A DNA stretch of 62,479 bases, the filler included, from Choristocarpus tenellus KU-1152 (lineage: Eukaryota > Protista > Phaeophyceae), in assembly GCA_964200185.2 (NCBI GenBank). It is 12 parts of 12 records of this genome, joined end to end, with 100 filler letters (N's around TTAATTAATTAA, not from the genome) between each part and the next. Parts side by side here need not be neighbours in the genome. Positions count along the whole stretch, not along the records: positions 7,222 to 13,252 come from CAXNAD020009119.1; positions 13,353 to 17,986 come from CAXNAD020013700.1; positions 18,087 to 21,369 come from CAXNAD020021054.1; positions 21,470 to 28,993 come from CAXNAD020006021.1; 8 more parts are not named here. One strand, 5' to 3'. Position numbers and translations under genes: made by a program. The notes beneath the pieces were generated by a model. That model was not told the origin of the DNA, did not search any database, and saw only the letters and a list, made by a program, of their open reading frames with translations. Below, piece by piece: positions 12,200-25,463 of this stretch; within the stretch, counting starts at the first letter, position 1, and every line of letters begins with the position of its first letter.

Positions 12200-12935
12200 G
12201 ACCCCTTCTTGTCCATCTGCCTGGTGTCTCCAGCTTGAAACACATGGCAAGTCTCGAGAAAATCACTTGTGTCGTGACGGGTACTATCCGCGTCGTAAAT
12301 GGGACTTGCTAGCCCCTTTCCTGCAATATCCTCCTACCACTCTCCCCCAACTATGTGTGTGGCTAACTCACCCAAGAATCTTTCTGCTTGCTTTAGAAGG
12401 CGTCAACATTTTCCACCGCATAGGTGTTGAGATATAAACGAGGGTCAATAGAACCCTCATAGCGGGAAGTTTTCGCGTCTCGGCTGCAGCAACAACTACA
12501 CCATTGCTGGTGAATGAGTGGGTAGGTGGGGGGTCACTTCAACTTCTCCAAAGCAATATCCAGGAGGAGGTTTTTGTCCAGATAGGGAATTGACCCAGCG
12601 TCTGTATGTGCCGTAGGATGGAGCACCACATCGATGCGGAAGTTCCGATCCTCCATGAATGGGCTTACCATCCTCCATGGTGCAAGGGGATACCTATTCC
12701 CTGGCAGGGTTGACCTCTAAACGCTTAATCATCAGCATGTGTTGGTGCCACACCAGTCCTCCCACCCTATAGCAGGGTTACGAGCATCTCGGGTGTCGAC
12801 ACATCATGCCTCCTGCACCTGGCCACCTGGCACCTGTTTGATAGAGCTTCCTACCTCCCTAGAAATCTGATGGCAGCGAGTCCATACTCTGCTAGAGATC
12901 TGGCGTGCTGGTTCCAGGGGTTGTGTGGAGGCCCA
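12200..12935 (-). pseudogene. Decayed CRE-like non-LTR retrotransposon C-terminus (restriction-like endonuclease region)
   Basis: Minus-strand frameshifted pieces: MEDGKP(F)..RNFRIDVVL, NLLLDIA, AAAETRK..RYEG, TYAVENV, LGELATHIVG. The order R-x-D...LLD...E-x-x-K...AVE matches RLE domains. The upstream part is cut by a family A MITE. Confidence 0.6.
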
Positions 12936-12939
12936 TGCA

Positions 12940-13198
12940 GAGTGAAAGCACCTTAGAGAGTACAAGTCTTCCCCTGTTTGTCCATTTGGTACTTGGCCTC
13001 CCACAGGTTTTTAATGACATTTTACCTCCTCCAAAATATTTTGGAGTAGGTGAAATGCATACGTTACGAAAAGGTGTGTCCGGAACAAGGATATTGACAT
13101 CTCCTAACAAACACGATAGGAAAAATTACATCAAAATTGTAACAGTAGATTTTATCTCCCAAATGGACGCGGCTTTACCCTCTAAGACACTTTCACTC
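12940..13198 (+). mobile_element. MITE family A, full copy
   Basis: GAGTGAAAGCACCTTAGAGAG...CTCTAAGACACTTTCACTC, TSD TGCA/TGCA. Confidence 0.92.
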
Positions 13199-14841
13199 TG
13201 CATTGGCCTCTTGTTCACACTGTCTCCAGTGGCGGTGCAGTGCACAGGAGTTNNNNNNNNNNNNNNNNNNNNNNNNNNNNNNNNNNNNNNNNNNNNTTAA
13301 TTAATTAANNNNNNNNNNNNNNNNNNNNNNNNNNNNNNNNNNNNNNNNNNNNAAAGGGAAAGACAGAAAGCCCCCGTGGGGGGGAGAGGGGGGGGGGGGG
13401 GAGGGGGGGGGGGGGGGGGGGGGGGGAATTGACGTATTGCTCACTCAAGTGTCCAATATCTCCACGATCAATACCAGAGACACGTATTGTTCACATACTT
13501 TCCTATCAGAGACAGATATTGTCACATGACTCATTTTTCACATAAAAAAAGGTTGCTTAGATGGCCAAAAAAAGGGACATTAAAACGTATACCTGTTAGT
13601 GAGACATGGATATCCCAAGACTTGGGAGGCTTCATGCACTTAGGAGGCATAAATATAGGAGCAGTAATGTACACGTACAGGGGATTTACCAGTGAGCAGT
13701 TAGGCGCTCACACTTGTGTGCCTGCTGCAGCTCAAAAAATATGTATCTTAGACTTTGCTGATTTTGACATCAATTACTTTCCTTTCTAAGAAAACGTAGA
13801 CGGACCCACTTGATGTCATTGTGGTCATTCTCAACACCCCATACCCCAACAATAATCACCCCAATCTACCATTCCATGTAAAAAAAAAGCGTCAGAAAAA
13901 AAATCAAAATGTCAAAAATTCTGAAAAAGAACACGTCTAGAACTCTCCCTGCAGTAGAAATCATTATCAAGAATCTTCAATGACATTACATCTTTATTGA
14001 CTTAGTAAGCCACTATGCTCTTACGCCGACCAACTGAACAAGGTACACAATCCTTGTTCCCTTACCCTCTGACCATCAAAACCACAAACCAACCAATCAT
14101 TTTCGAGCCATTCAACACGATGGGCATGGACATGGACATGGAACATGGAACAGTATTCCAAAAGATGAAAGAAACAACGCACCTTGATGCACATATTGAT
14201 TGTACACCTTGATGTTCACATTCACTACAAGTTGAACCCCTAGTAGAATCCATCACCAATTAACTTCATTTGTAGATTTATAGAAATACTCATGTAATAA
14301 TAACAAAAAAAAATAGAAATACTCGTGTAATAATAACAAAAAAAAAATCGATGAATGCCAGCTAGGTCAAAACTGTTCAACACACACCATTTTCGTACTG
14401 ATTGGGCAGACTAACTCTAACCCTAGGAGGAACTTGGACTTGAAAACTGGCTCGGCAACTCAACTGCACCAAACCTGACCATGTATTTTATCATATTGTA
14501 TTGCATTGTATTGTATTATAATGAATATCTTATCTACATATACACATAACAAAAGACCAGAGTTGCAACCCACCCAGCCTTAAAGCCACCACAATGAGAG
14601 AATAGGCTACTACAACAAAAAAGGGCAGTTGCCATACCAACTGCAAGCATACAACATCAAAACACGACTGATATTCAAGGGCCAATCAACAGATTGAATT
14701 ATTCCATTTTTACGAGATGAACGAGCTATGAACCGAAACTTTTTTTAGGGTTAGGGGCACCCCCCTCCCCTCCCACCATGCTGGTTAGTTTCAAGGGTTT
14801 TAAAAATTAGATACAGACATGTACACATCACTCAGACTCAC

Positions 14842-17820
14842 CTTCATAAGCGAATTCTTGATGATTTCAATCTCCACCTCCTCCAGCACATCACGTACCT
14901 AATAAACACAATCAAACAGTAGAAAAAAATCACAATTGTTTCGAACATCATGTACATCCAGACTCAAACAAGAAACAAGAAACAAGAACATCTCCTGCTT
15001 ATGTCAAGCATAACATATCGATCAATCTAACCTCGAACACATTCTTCAAAACATGAGAAAATCTTGGAAAAAAAGGGAAAAAGATCCAGTCCAATACTAA
15101 AAACAACCAAAAATCGACCAAAAAGAGTGAGCAGTCAATATTCACCTTGACACGGCGTTTCACAACCTCCCCCTCCCCCCAAACAATGCCATCTTCAGGG
15201 TTTCATAATACCTGGGCAGCATTGGCAAGTCTCTCATGCTGCTGTTCCAGGAATTGACTGAAGTAGGGTCCAATGGGTGTGTCCACTAACACGGTCTGGT
15301 AAAGGTCAGCATATCCCTTGGGGGAGGCTTCGAAGGCAGGGATGAGTCGCATGGTGGAGTCCTTGAACAGACCCTGAAAAATAAAAAAAAATAAGAAAGC
15401 AACAGTGAACGAAAAAAAATTATTCCATGGAACAATAAATAAAAGATTAAAAAGCACGGAAGAATCCTATCTCCTCAACGGGTCTGTATCTTTTCTCTTT
15501 CTACACACAAAATACCTGCTGGCTCAGTGCCAGCACAACTTCAACATTGCATAATGGCCCTATAACCCTAGCCCTAACCCTAGAACACTCAATCATACCC
15601 CTTTTATCTCTTCCTCTCCTACCAATAACCTCAACATTAACCCCAGCGAAAAAGATGAAAAAAAAGTTCACCTCCTGACCTTGTCCTACCAGGCCCAGCA
15701 AAGGGGCCAGCCACTACAGTGACCTCCCCCACCAAGCAAACCCGGACCAAGCAGAGCAAAACCAGCACCCTTCATACCCACACCAAAACCTCGTTCCATT
15801 CAACAAAACCGACGCATGTTTCGGATTGATTCAGATCTACACACCTTCTACCGCCTTTTTCCGCCGACACCCTCGACTCACTACTGCCTACCAGTTGGGT
15901 TCAGTTGTCAATTGTCAATTGTGGAACCCTAACCCTAACCCTAACAACCACAAAAAACACAGTTTCTCGGCCAACCAACGAACAAAGAGGACATCAAAAA
16001 AAAAAAGAGAGGGTAAAAAGAGCCATTCCTTCCCAAGACAAAGAGAGGCAGCAGGCACGCATCCCAACCAACCCTAACCCTAAAGCTACACAATATATAA
16101 CCGAAAGGTCAAAATCCCGCCACCGGTGGCGCCCTCAGTGTCCAAGTCTCGAGCTATTACGGGACAATTCCGAGATACCGTCGGTATCAACCAGCTACGA
16201 TTGGGACGGTTGTTCGCGATGTAGATATCAGAACTCCCCCCCCAAAAAAACACATGAAAAAAAAAATGTAATGATCTTTGGATGTGTGTATCAGAAGCAA
16301 GAGATGTTGAGTAGAGCCAAACGATTCATTGCTGTTAAACGTACTGTAGGGCTGAGTTCGACGATCAGAGCTTCCTCACAGATATTTTGTAGATGGTATA
16401 TATATATATATGTATGGTCCAGGGGACAAAATCATTCCAGGAAGTCAACCTCCACGAAATGAGCACTATTAAAAGAGACCAAATGAAGGAATTCGAAAAA
16501 TTGTGTTGACTGGGCCACTGCAGGAGCAGCACACATCACTCAGGGGTTTACATAAATATATGGAAATATTACTAGTGGCCAAGGTCCTGGGTCGTGCCTT
16601 TACTATATCCCGAGAGATCCAGCTTGCCACTTTTTCAGCATCTTCTTCAGAACAAAATGACCAATCCTACCCTAAAACCCTAACCCTCAAAATCTCAATG
16701 ACAAAACAGTACCAACTATATTAGAACCTTCCCCTCGTGGCAGTACAAAAGGATTTATTCACAAAAGGATTTATTTGCCTATCACAGGAAACGTTTCAGC
16801 CGTGTCATTGGGCAGGGTAAGGGTACGGGTAAGGGTAAGGGTTAGGGTCACAGAGAGGGACAGCCAGAGAAGTTCAAACAGAGCACATTACATCAGGCTC
16901 TAAAAAGGCAAAGCAAAAAAGAAAAAAGGATATCGAAACCGAAAGGCTCTTTCTTGGAGTATTAGTCTCAGTTGGAGGGGAAATGGTCAATGAAACAACG
17001 CCTACTTCAATTGAAGTCGTATGGGGGGGGTATACCTCATACAAAGGGAAAAAACATGGAGTGAAAGAAAAAACGGCTTCAAAACGCGAAGCCTCTTTTC
17101 ATCAGAAAAAAAAAACAAAGGAAAATGCTTGATATTTCAACCATGGTTACCTTCAAGCCCTACTACTACATACGGTAATAACCATTGTTTACACTGAGCA
17201 AGTGGGAAAAAAAAATCCCGATAAATTTTGGGGGCACCTGACGCCTTAGATGTCCGCAGGGGAGGGGAGGGACCAGGGAATGTGAAAAAGAATATATCGC
17301 AGCGGATCTAATGACCTCTGAATACAAAAAAGAATTGAGAACCTTGAGGCTATTGCATTAATTGCATTAAACTCTGAATACACTTTGTCGAGTAAACATG
17401 TGCTACATAAGGGTGCTGGTCAGGCTACGCTGAGAGTAAGGACCAGCACAACGCATTTTGGGGAGGCCTTGCCTCACAAAGGGTCAATATAGTGTACCAA
17501 CAATGCAATCCCTAACCTTAACCCTAATATCATCGCAGTAGCCCATGCCACAAAACTCCAAAAACCATTACCATTGCATCACGAAAAAATTCTTCGGAGT
17601 GTTTTTTTTTGTTTTTTATAAGACTGATTATGTACGTAGCCTGCACATTGTCACTCACCAAAGGATGGCATTGTTCAATGAGTTCGTTCACGTCACGGCC
17701 AGAGAGTGTACCTTTAAGGAGCATCATCACATTCTCGATCATGTACTCGTAAGTGATGTATTCCAAGAAAGTCGCGAGGGGCTCTTGGGCCTGCGCCTTG
17801 AGAAAGTTGAACTCAACCAC
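14842..17820 (-). CDS. ATP6V0D: V-type ATPase V0 subunit d, internal exons 17820-17659, 15373-15212, 14898-14842
   Basis: Spliced peptide VVEFNFLKAQAQEPLATFLEYITYEYMIENVMMLLKGTL...CHPL|GLFKDST...LYQTVLVDTPIGPYF...|VRDVLEEVEIEIIKNSLMK, with phase-0 GT-AG junctions. These are conserved Vma6/subunit d motifs. Confidence 0.92.
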
Positions 17821-18086
17821 CTGGTTCACAATGACAAAGAATTTCAGCATGCCACTGCAGGTAGTCAGGGAAGGAGGTCCCCACATTGTTGTATTCATCC
17901 TCCAAGCATGTATTGACATATTTATGCGTGTGCACGTGTGACATCCACTGGGTTCAAAGGGAGAGAAGCTGAGCCAGCTGCAGGGGNNNNNNNNNNNNNN
18001 NNNNNNNNNNNNNNNNNNNNNNNNNNNNNNTTAATTAATTAANNNNNNNNNNNNNNNNNNNNNNNNNNNNNNNNNNNNNNNNNNNN

Positions 18087-18145
18087 TTTTGTCCAAATGG
18101 ACACCCAGGTGTAGATCCCCCCCACCCTCCCAGATACTTTGGGTC
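18087..18145 (-). mobile_element. MITE family C end at a contig start
   Basis: CCAAATGGACACCCAGGTGTAGA...CCCAGATACTTTGGGTC. Confidence 0.82.
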
Positions 18146-19364
18146 TGGAGGAACATACTACTATTCATTCATATCCATATTCATAGTGAGTCAGGAGTAC
18201 ATTGTGAATGCAAATAACACGTCAGTAAATCCCCCATATGTATGCTTTCTTGGATATTATGCGTCCCATATATCTACTCCCTGGAAAGAGTGTCTATTGA
18301 TGGCGAGTTTTGAAGCCATGCACACCTGCGCAGAAGTTCCAGATGTTTACTACTGTCTTATCAGAGCGCTCATGTGCACCTTACCAGTCCCTGATGAAAT
18401 CAATTCGAGTTACCTGGCATACCACCTGTACTTTACCCTCTTGTACCTGGTTTGTAACTGCCAAAGAGGAATTACGTTACGATGGTTTTCCATTTCTACT
18501 CTGCTATACCTGTTTTAGTCGTAGTAGTAACTACTATAATAATGGTGGGTGTTGACTCTCACATCATATTAGCAGGCAGGTCGGTGTGGTTATGCCTTGA
18601 GCATGCTTTCTTTTGAGGAAGGAGGTACTTGGGAGGGCGACCGATTGTGGCTATGTGATTGAACCCCAGACCTAGGTTGGTTTTAGTGGGAAACGTCCTT
18701 CCACACATCAAGATATTATCATCTTATCTCACCCTAACGGACAAACACAAACAGCACGCGCACCGCCTCCAGAAAGAATGAACCCCCCCCCTCATAAGTA
18801 GAATTACTAACCACTACTTACAACTAACAATTTCAGTAACTGACATTGTCCTGGGTGCTCTATCTGCTCCCTATCTCTTCTATAGTTGGCAGTAGATCCT
18901 CTCTTAATCTTCCTACTAGTGTAACACTGGCTGCTGGTATCAACCACAGCTATGTGCATAAAGAACTTGTTTGTTCCGGAATGTGAGGGATGATTGATCT
19001 GTAAGATGATCACATTTCTTCCGTGTTTGATCTGATAACATGCATCCCAATAGTTGTAAAGTGAGAAACCAGAGACGAAATAAATGAAGGGGTGGGATGG
19101 GGTCTGTTGAAGGCTTGTGAAGGCGTTATCTGAATGATTATCTACAATTTTGAATTGGGTTCATCACTTGAACAAAATTGGAGTTTGTGTCTTCACTTGG
19201 CTTCAAGGGTGGGGAGACACCGAGGGATAGCTGTAGCGCTATCTAGGAAAGGCTTGACTCTGAAATAGGAGTCGATATATTTGGGGCTTTTAAGCTTTTG
19301 TAGGAGTGGTCTAAGCCAAAACTTCAGGGGTGGGCTTGGGTAGGCGAACTTCTCTTTCGTAAAT

Positions 19365-20730
19365 ATGTTTTTTCATGAGAGCACGTCCTCAAATTCCGTT
19401 GAAGATGAGGAGGATGATGACGTCTATCAGTACCCTAAGTCGACAGGTGTTGGGTGTGCTCTCGCTGCTCTGGAGGGGCTACTTAGATGGTAGGACTCCA
19501 TTGCTTGCCTTTCCCAACCAAGACGATGGAGATGTTTTTGATTATTAGCCCCTGTCGCAGCAAGTCCTGTCATTTTTCATGTGAACTATGCCTCCCCGTG
19601 TAGTTTGGCGTTTCCCAGATCCTTATATTTCGAAAAAGTTGCGTTGGCTCATGCTGATGAGCCAACGCTCATGCCTTGATCCACTCTCCCTTCTGACTTT
19701 GCCCCTTGTCTTTTAACTCATTTACCCTTTCTCACCTCAATGCGAGTGACACGCCAACATATTTTTGCCTAACCCGCCCCGAACCCCCCTCCCATGTCCT
19801 GTATAAAGTCTTGACTATGTGTCTTATAGACATTCTGTTCGTCATCCCTTTTCATCTCTTTCCCCTTTGGTGCATGCCCCCTATCGTTCGCTGTTTCTTC
19901 CTTGTGGCGCAACGGTTGCCAATCAGCGGTATCTGTCGAGCCATATGCGACGCGCCGATGGCACTCCCTTGCTGTATGCAGGCTTACTGCTCCCTTTGCA
20001 TTCGCACGTCCCTGGTCTCCACAAAACCCCGCTGTCCCAAGTGCCGTGATCCTGGTGAGCCTCAGTAGTGTACTGCGTTTGTTTTTGTTATTGTTGCTGT
20101 TATTATTGGGGTGTGCATCGCAGCTTCGTTTGCCAGTTGCTACTCTTCCCTGTCTCCAGGTCCATCTAGAGGAGAATGTTTGATTATCTAGTGATACTTC
20201 CTTTAGTGCTTCACACATCGGAATAAGAAGTGGTGACACAAGTATTCTGTTGGTGACTTGTTTCCAATAGAAAGACCGAACTGGAATTCTTTTTAGTGAT
20301 TAAAAATAATGATCCTTCCTATGTTCATTTCCAAGTCCAACATTATTGATGCTAGGCAGAACGGGAAGGAAACTATCAGCAATAATATCCCCCTCCCTTT
20401 GCTCCTTCTCTCGAAACGACAAATTCACGTACCCATGCATGGTACGCATCCGTGTGAATGTGTGCATCGCCTTAGTGACTCTTTACTTTCCACTTTTATC
20501 ATGTCGTCATGCTCGCCTTCCACTCTCTCCCCTGCCCCTGCCCCCTCCCCGTAACCTTGGCACAATGGTTTTGCAACATAGTTGAGGAACTCACAACCTT
20601 ACAACAATCCACCTCCATCTTGTCCCCCTTGCCCCTTGGCGTTTTTTACTCTGTTTGACCCCCTCGGCATAATTTTCTTGTGCATTAAGCGGACCCTAAC
20701 AAGCTTGCCCTCAGTCGTGAGCTTCGAGAG
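19365..20730 (+). CDS. RAD18-like RING-finger gene, 5' exons 19365-19489, 19927-20054, 20690-20730; possibly pseudogenised downstream
   Basis: Splicing TG|C restores LAALEGLLRCGICRAICDAPMALPCCMQAYCSLCIRTSLVSTKPRCPKCRDPADPNKLALSRELRE. LRCGIC...YCSLCIR...CPxC resembles the RAD18 N-terminal RING, and all junction phases agree. Confidence 0.65.
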
Positions 20731-21469
20731 GTGAGCCCAGACATGGAGACAGAGGGGTACAGCATACCTTGTCTGATGCCAGCAGCTTTTGCATTGCCCA
20801 CCTTAGCCCCGACAGCTTTTCAGCAATATAAGAAGAAAAAAAGCATTGAGAACAAGTATATTTCGATTTCTTTTATTGGGAGCATAAATTGCCGGAGTAC
20901 AAGTGTAGGTGTTCAACGTTGGGCCAACCGAGGTGTGGTGAACAATGCCGCGGAACTATTTTCCGAGCTTGAAAGCAGGCTGCAACTTCTTGTTTTAGTG
21001 TACTTTTCCACTGCTGCAAAGAGGCAGTTCTTGATACTTCACCCAAAGAACCTTGTGCTTCGAAGGCATAACTGGTCTTCCGGAACCCAATAGGTTGCTT
21101 GAGTGTATGCGGAGTGGAGACTGGCGCGATGGTGCATTTGATCTAACTAATGCCCTTTTGCCAGGACGTCTCTGATTGCCGTGATGCATTGAAAAGTAGA
21201 GCTAGAAATATAGTTGGAACGGGGAACTCTGGTTGAGGTAGGTTGTCGGGCTCTTCCCGGATGAACAAAGGGGAAGATAGGGACGTGTAAACGAATTGAG
21301 CTGCCCGAGGATGTGCAATACCATGCTAAGGAGATGCTATCACAAATCTCAGAGAAGGAGAGGGGGGGGNNNNNNNNNNNNNNNNNNNNNNNNNNNNNNN
21401 NNNNNNNNNNNNNTTAATTAATTAANNNNNNNNNNNNNNNNNNNNNNNNNNNNNNNNNNNNNNNNNNNN

Positions 21470-21533
21470 CAAGCAATCTCGCCGGGTTTATCACCTTTAT
21501 CATCTTTGATGATTTTGGGGATACTTTAACAGG
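21470..21533 (-). repeat. End of a dispersed repeat shared with 61754-61813
   Basis: Its reverse complement CCTGTTAAAGTATCCCCAAAATCATCAAAGATGATAAAGGTGATAA matches 61754 onward. Confidence 0.75.
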
Positions 21534-21669
21534 CAGGGCTTGGCAGGAGGGCCTGCAGAAGGACTTTGAAGGACTGCTACACTGCATGCATGCACGAAGC
21601 AAAGTCTCCACAGATGTTCTTACTCTGTTGCAGTAAATAGATTGCATCGCCATCAAACATTGCAACAGG

Positions 21670-24500
21670 TCATGCTGTGCGCGACTTTTTTCTTCTACAG
21701 GGCATTATGTAAGTCGTTGAATAATTTGTACTAGTTTTATCATTGTTCGTGTATAGAGACAGGGCTATGCATCGTCTGCTACTTTGACTCATATTGTTAA
21801 ACAAGGCTATCCCAATACTGTCCAAAACAATTTCCTCCCTTAAAATGTCAATTGCATTCTTTTTGTCAAGGCCCACGCAACAACATACGACAGTCTTAGT
21901 GAGGGCGAGTAGCCTACTATCCTAAAGAGGCCAAAGTCGTCTACGCTATCACCTGTACTGCTTGAAAGGAGAGCAGAGATGGTGCACTTCGCACATCCAG
22001 GGGGAAGGGTAAAACTATGATAAAGAGACCCTCAAACAAAAGGTACAATATTTTCTGTCTTCCGACCAGAGTATGTGATCTACAAAGACATATATTCCTA
22101 TTGGACAAGTGTACTCTGAGCATATTAGGGAAATTCAATAATGTTTTCCTTGTGATGAATATACCCTCACATCACATACTATGATACTTTTTTGTGCATT
22201 GTGCAGCATTGCCACATAATCCACTTTGTGCCTCCTTTTCGAAGCCCTCCTCATTTCTCTTTTTAATCACGGGTATCCAATATAATTTCTTATCTTATCG
22301 TCCATTTATTTGTGCTGCTTTCTTTGCGCTTGGTGATGAGATATTCTACTCATAGTCTCAATAGACTACTCTATGTGCAAACTGTTGTAGAAGTGCTTGT
22401 TCACAAATGTTGATATCGCTAACACTTCGACACATGTTCACGTTCAGAAAGAATGGACATTTTATCGTACAAATCCCCATCCCTGGCCATGTGTAGACTG
22501 ATGGTATTATCCAAACGAAAAGAGAAGCAGTACGGATGGATATCCTATGCATGGTAGTTGACAATATCAAGAAAATCCTGAAGAATGACTCAAAGATGGC
22601 CATGGTATCCGTCGAACTCCTCAAGATTGCAAGCGTCCCCTCCCAGTAGGCCATGCTGTATGGTTGATCTTTCTATCCCCTGGATACATTTGTGTGTCAT
22701 TAACATAAATACGTGAACATAAATAGTCTCGAACGGATTTATATCTGTGAGGGGTTTGTATTGGATGTGACTCCACATCTTTTTGAAGGATTCCATCATC
22801 ATATCATCCCAACAACAGGAGTGAGATGCATGGCACGCAGCGAATAGAGGCGTAGGTGCTGTAGGATCACATGCAATACATACATCGTTGAGGGAAGCAC
22901 TCTATGCCATGTAGGCGATATCAATTCGTGGCCAAGGGCTCAACTCAATGTTCTCCAATTTGGGGGTTGGCTGACCACACCCAACTTGATGCTACTACCT
23001 CAGAAGACAGGAATGTATTGCAGCATGGGATGGTATGCACTTTAATTTCTGATATGCAATGGTTCTCTTATACAACTCCCTCCCTCACTGTGTTCCCTCT
23101 CGTGATTGCAGGGTTGCTCCGGTGGTGTGGGCAGTACACTAGGCGAGCGCTCTTGTGGAAAAGGAAAGGGAAATACCACGACAGTGATGACAAAAAAGAG
23201 TGCCTTTGTAACCTACCTTTTGTCACCATCTTTGATCTCGGTTCGAACAGTTTGCCACTAAGGTGATTACGTTCCTTCACGACTGCATCCATGGCCAGAC
23301 ATGATCTCTTGGTTAAGGAATCAAGTCTCGCTTCTTTTATTTTTATTGAGGTCGCTCGCCAGTTTCGTGAACTTACAGCATCTCATTGTATGAAGGTGGA
23401 TACATTTGTGAAGTTTGTACCTGATTGGCTTTGAGGGAGGAAACGACTCGTAGGTTAACCTATATATTCACCTATCCCACCAACAACAACCCAAGACAAA
23501 ATCCCCATCATATTTAGTTTGTGTGTATGTATTTCTTCCCAAAATCCTTCCAGGCTTAGAGGGATGACCCAATTTCAGGCTCGGGCCGATCGTGTTGTAT
23601 GTGTGGTATCTATTGTTTTGAAAGGAGCATGTTGGAATTCAGTGCCTGTTGAACGTTCTCCTGCTGCTTGATGGTTCTTGCGGTCTGTAGTATATCGACA
23701 TGTACTTGAGTGATTTTGGTAAATTGTCCAAAAATACGCTCAATATATAGACGAATTCGAAGGTATGGTATTGACAGATAGACAACTATGATGTGCACTT
23801 TGTCGCCCAAACTTGCCCACTCTTGTCCTTGTTTGACTGGACATTCTAAAAACCTGCTGAGCTCTGTAAAATGCTTATATCCTCAAGGCTGCATGGTATC
23901 AGTTCGTGTGTATCCAATGGTGCACAGACATCCTGAGCAGCCTGGAGGTAGCGTATGACGTGAAGGACATGACAAGTGCAACATGACTGTGTCAAAATAT
24001 TGTGAAAGAAATGGACAACATTTCTGATGTAAATGTAAGTTCCAGTTTAGAGTCGTTCATTTCAGCAGTCTTGTACCTCAACCGCAAACCTACTCCTATT
24101 TTTTGTTTCCTGCAGCAGAGATAGCCGAAACAAACTATTAACTGTATGAAGAATTTGGAACAATCCTGCATTCAACCTTTCACCTCTTTTCAATTTTGAA
24201 CATCAGCACCTTTGGGGATAATTAATGCCCTTGTGCAAAGCTACTACGATTGGTCATCTCTGTATGCCTTGAGGTACTTCACAAGTATGCAACCTTCACA
24301 TCATAAACCATATATGAAATGATATATACCCTCTCAAATAATTTGTACAATGGTCTCTGAAACTTTTAGGCTAGCCTCAGCCCAACCCAGGTCGTGTCAC
24401 ACACAGTTGTTATAAAGGGGCTTGAGCGCCTTACACAACATCACTGAGACTACCTTAGCTTGCAATCAGATCGATATGATGTTAGCAAGCTAACGTTCAG
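21670..24500 (-). pseudogene. Long decayed intron-poor coding region, probably from a DNA transposon (unclassified)
   Basis: Chain of broken minus-strand ORFs, including ...LYIERIFGQF... and ...HSCCWDD...; no family could be assigned. Confidence 0.3.
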
Positions 24501-24716
24501 GCCTATGGCGGGGAATGAACGTCTGTTCTCCAAAGCTGACTCAAGAGCAACATGGGTGCATCACATTTACTGATCACAGATAATCCACAATAAAATGGTG
24601 TATATCAAACAAAACGAACAACATTGTCAACTTGTATCTCCCACACCAGGGTACATTCAATGCACACCCTTGCTCTGATAGTGTCTGCATCCACATTGTC
24701 AATCTCGTGGTTTCAA

Positions 24717-24873
24717 TCTACTCACCACCAGGAGGTCCATTTGGACCATAACCAGGAAAAGCGCACTTACAATATCCATCCGACGTATGCGACCAAATAA
24801 CCCCAAAAATCACGACATGAGAAAATTGGCCCCAAATGGACAGTCGCCATCCCCCCCCACATCCTTTTGAGTC
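24717..24873 (+). mobile_element. MITE family C, old copy lacking the left TIR
   Basis: GTCCATTTGG...CAGGAAAAG...ATCCATC...CGACATGAGAAAATTGGCCCCAAATGGACAG...TTTGAGTC aligns to 57160-57310. Confidence 0.8.
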
Positions 24874-25463
24874 ATTTGCTAGAGAGGTTGGTTTGCAACA
24901 CAACCCTTCACGCCATTAACATTGCTTTCCTATCATCTAGGGAGGGTGGACCGACTAATCTGTTTGTTATGATCTGACTCAGGTACATACTACCAGAGGA
25001 TTAGAACAACCATGTGGAAGTAGAGAAGATGTGGTTTAGCTTTTGTGTGTTTCTTTTACTATCAACCCTAATTTAAAATGCAGTCTCTCCCCTTTCCTTG
25101 CATTTGCGACCTACCCACATCTTCTAGGTTTTTATGGAGTTCATGAACAATATGGTAGGTCCTGTAACAATTTAACTGGTTACGCCAGAAACTAGCTTCA
25201 TAATATAGGCGACTTGATGATGAAGATCCTTATCCTTGTCATCTAGCAAAATGTCAACCTCGTCCCCTCCCACCCTATCTACTACTAATAGTGTAAGTCT
25301 AGTTTTGTTGCAGATGGAAACACCTTACGACACCATTTTGGAGAATCAAACCGAAATATTTTTTTCAAAATGCGCGCAAACGCGGTCTCGTGTGTTCTGT
25401 TGTGTTCAACACACTTCAATCCACTCTACCTTACCAGTATCAACTTTGCACTTGGTGGAAAGT

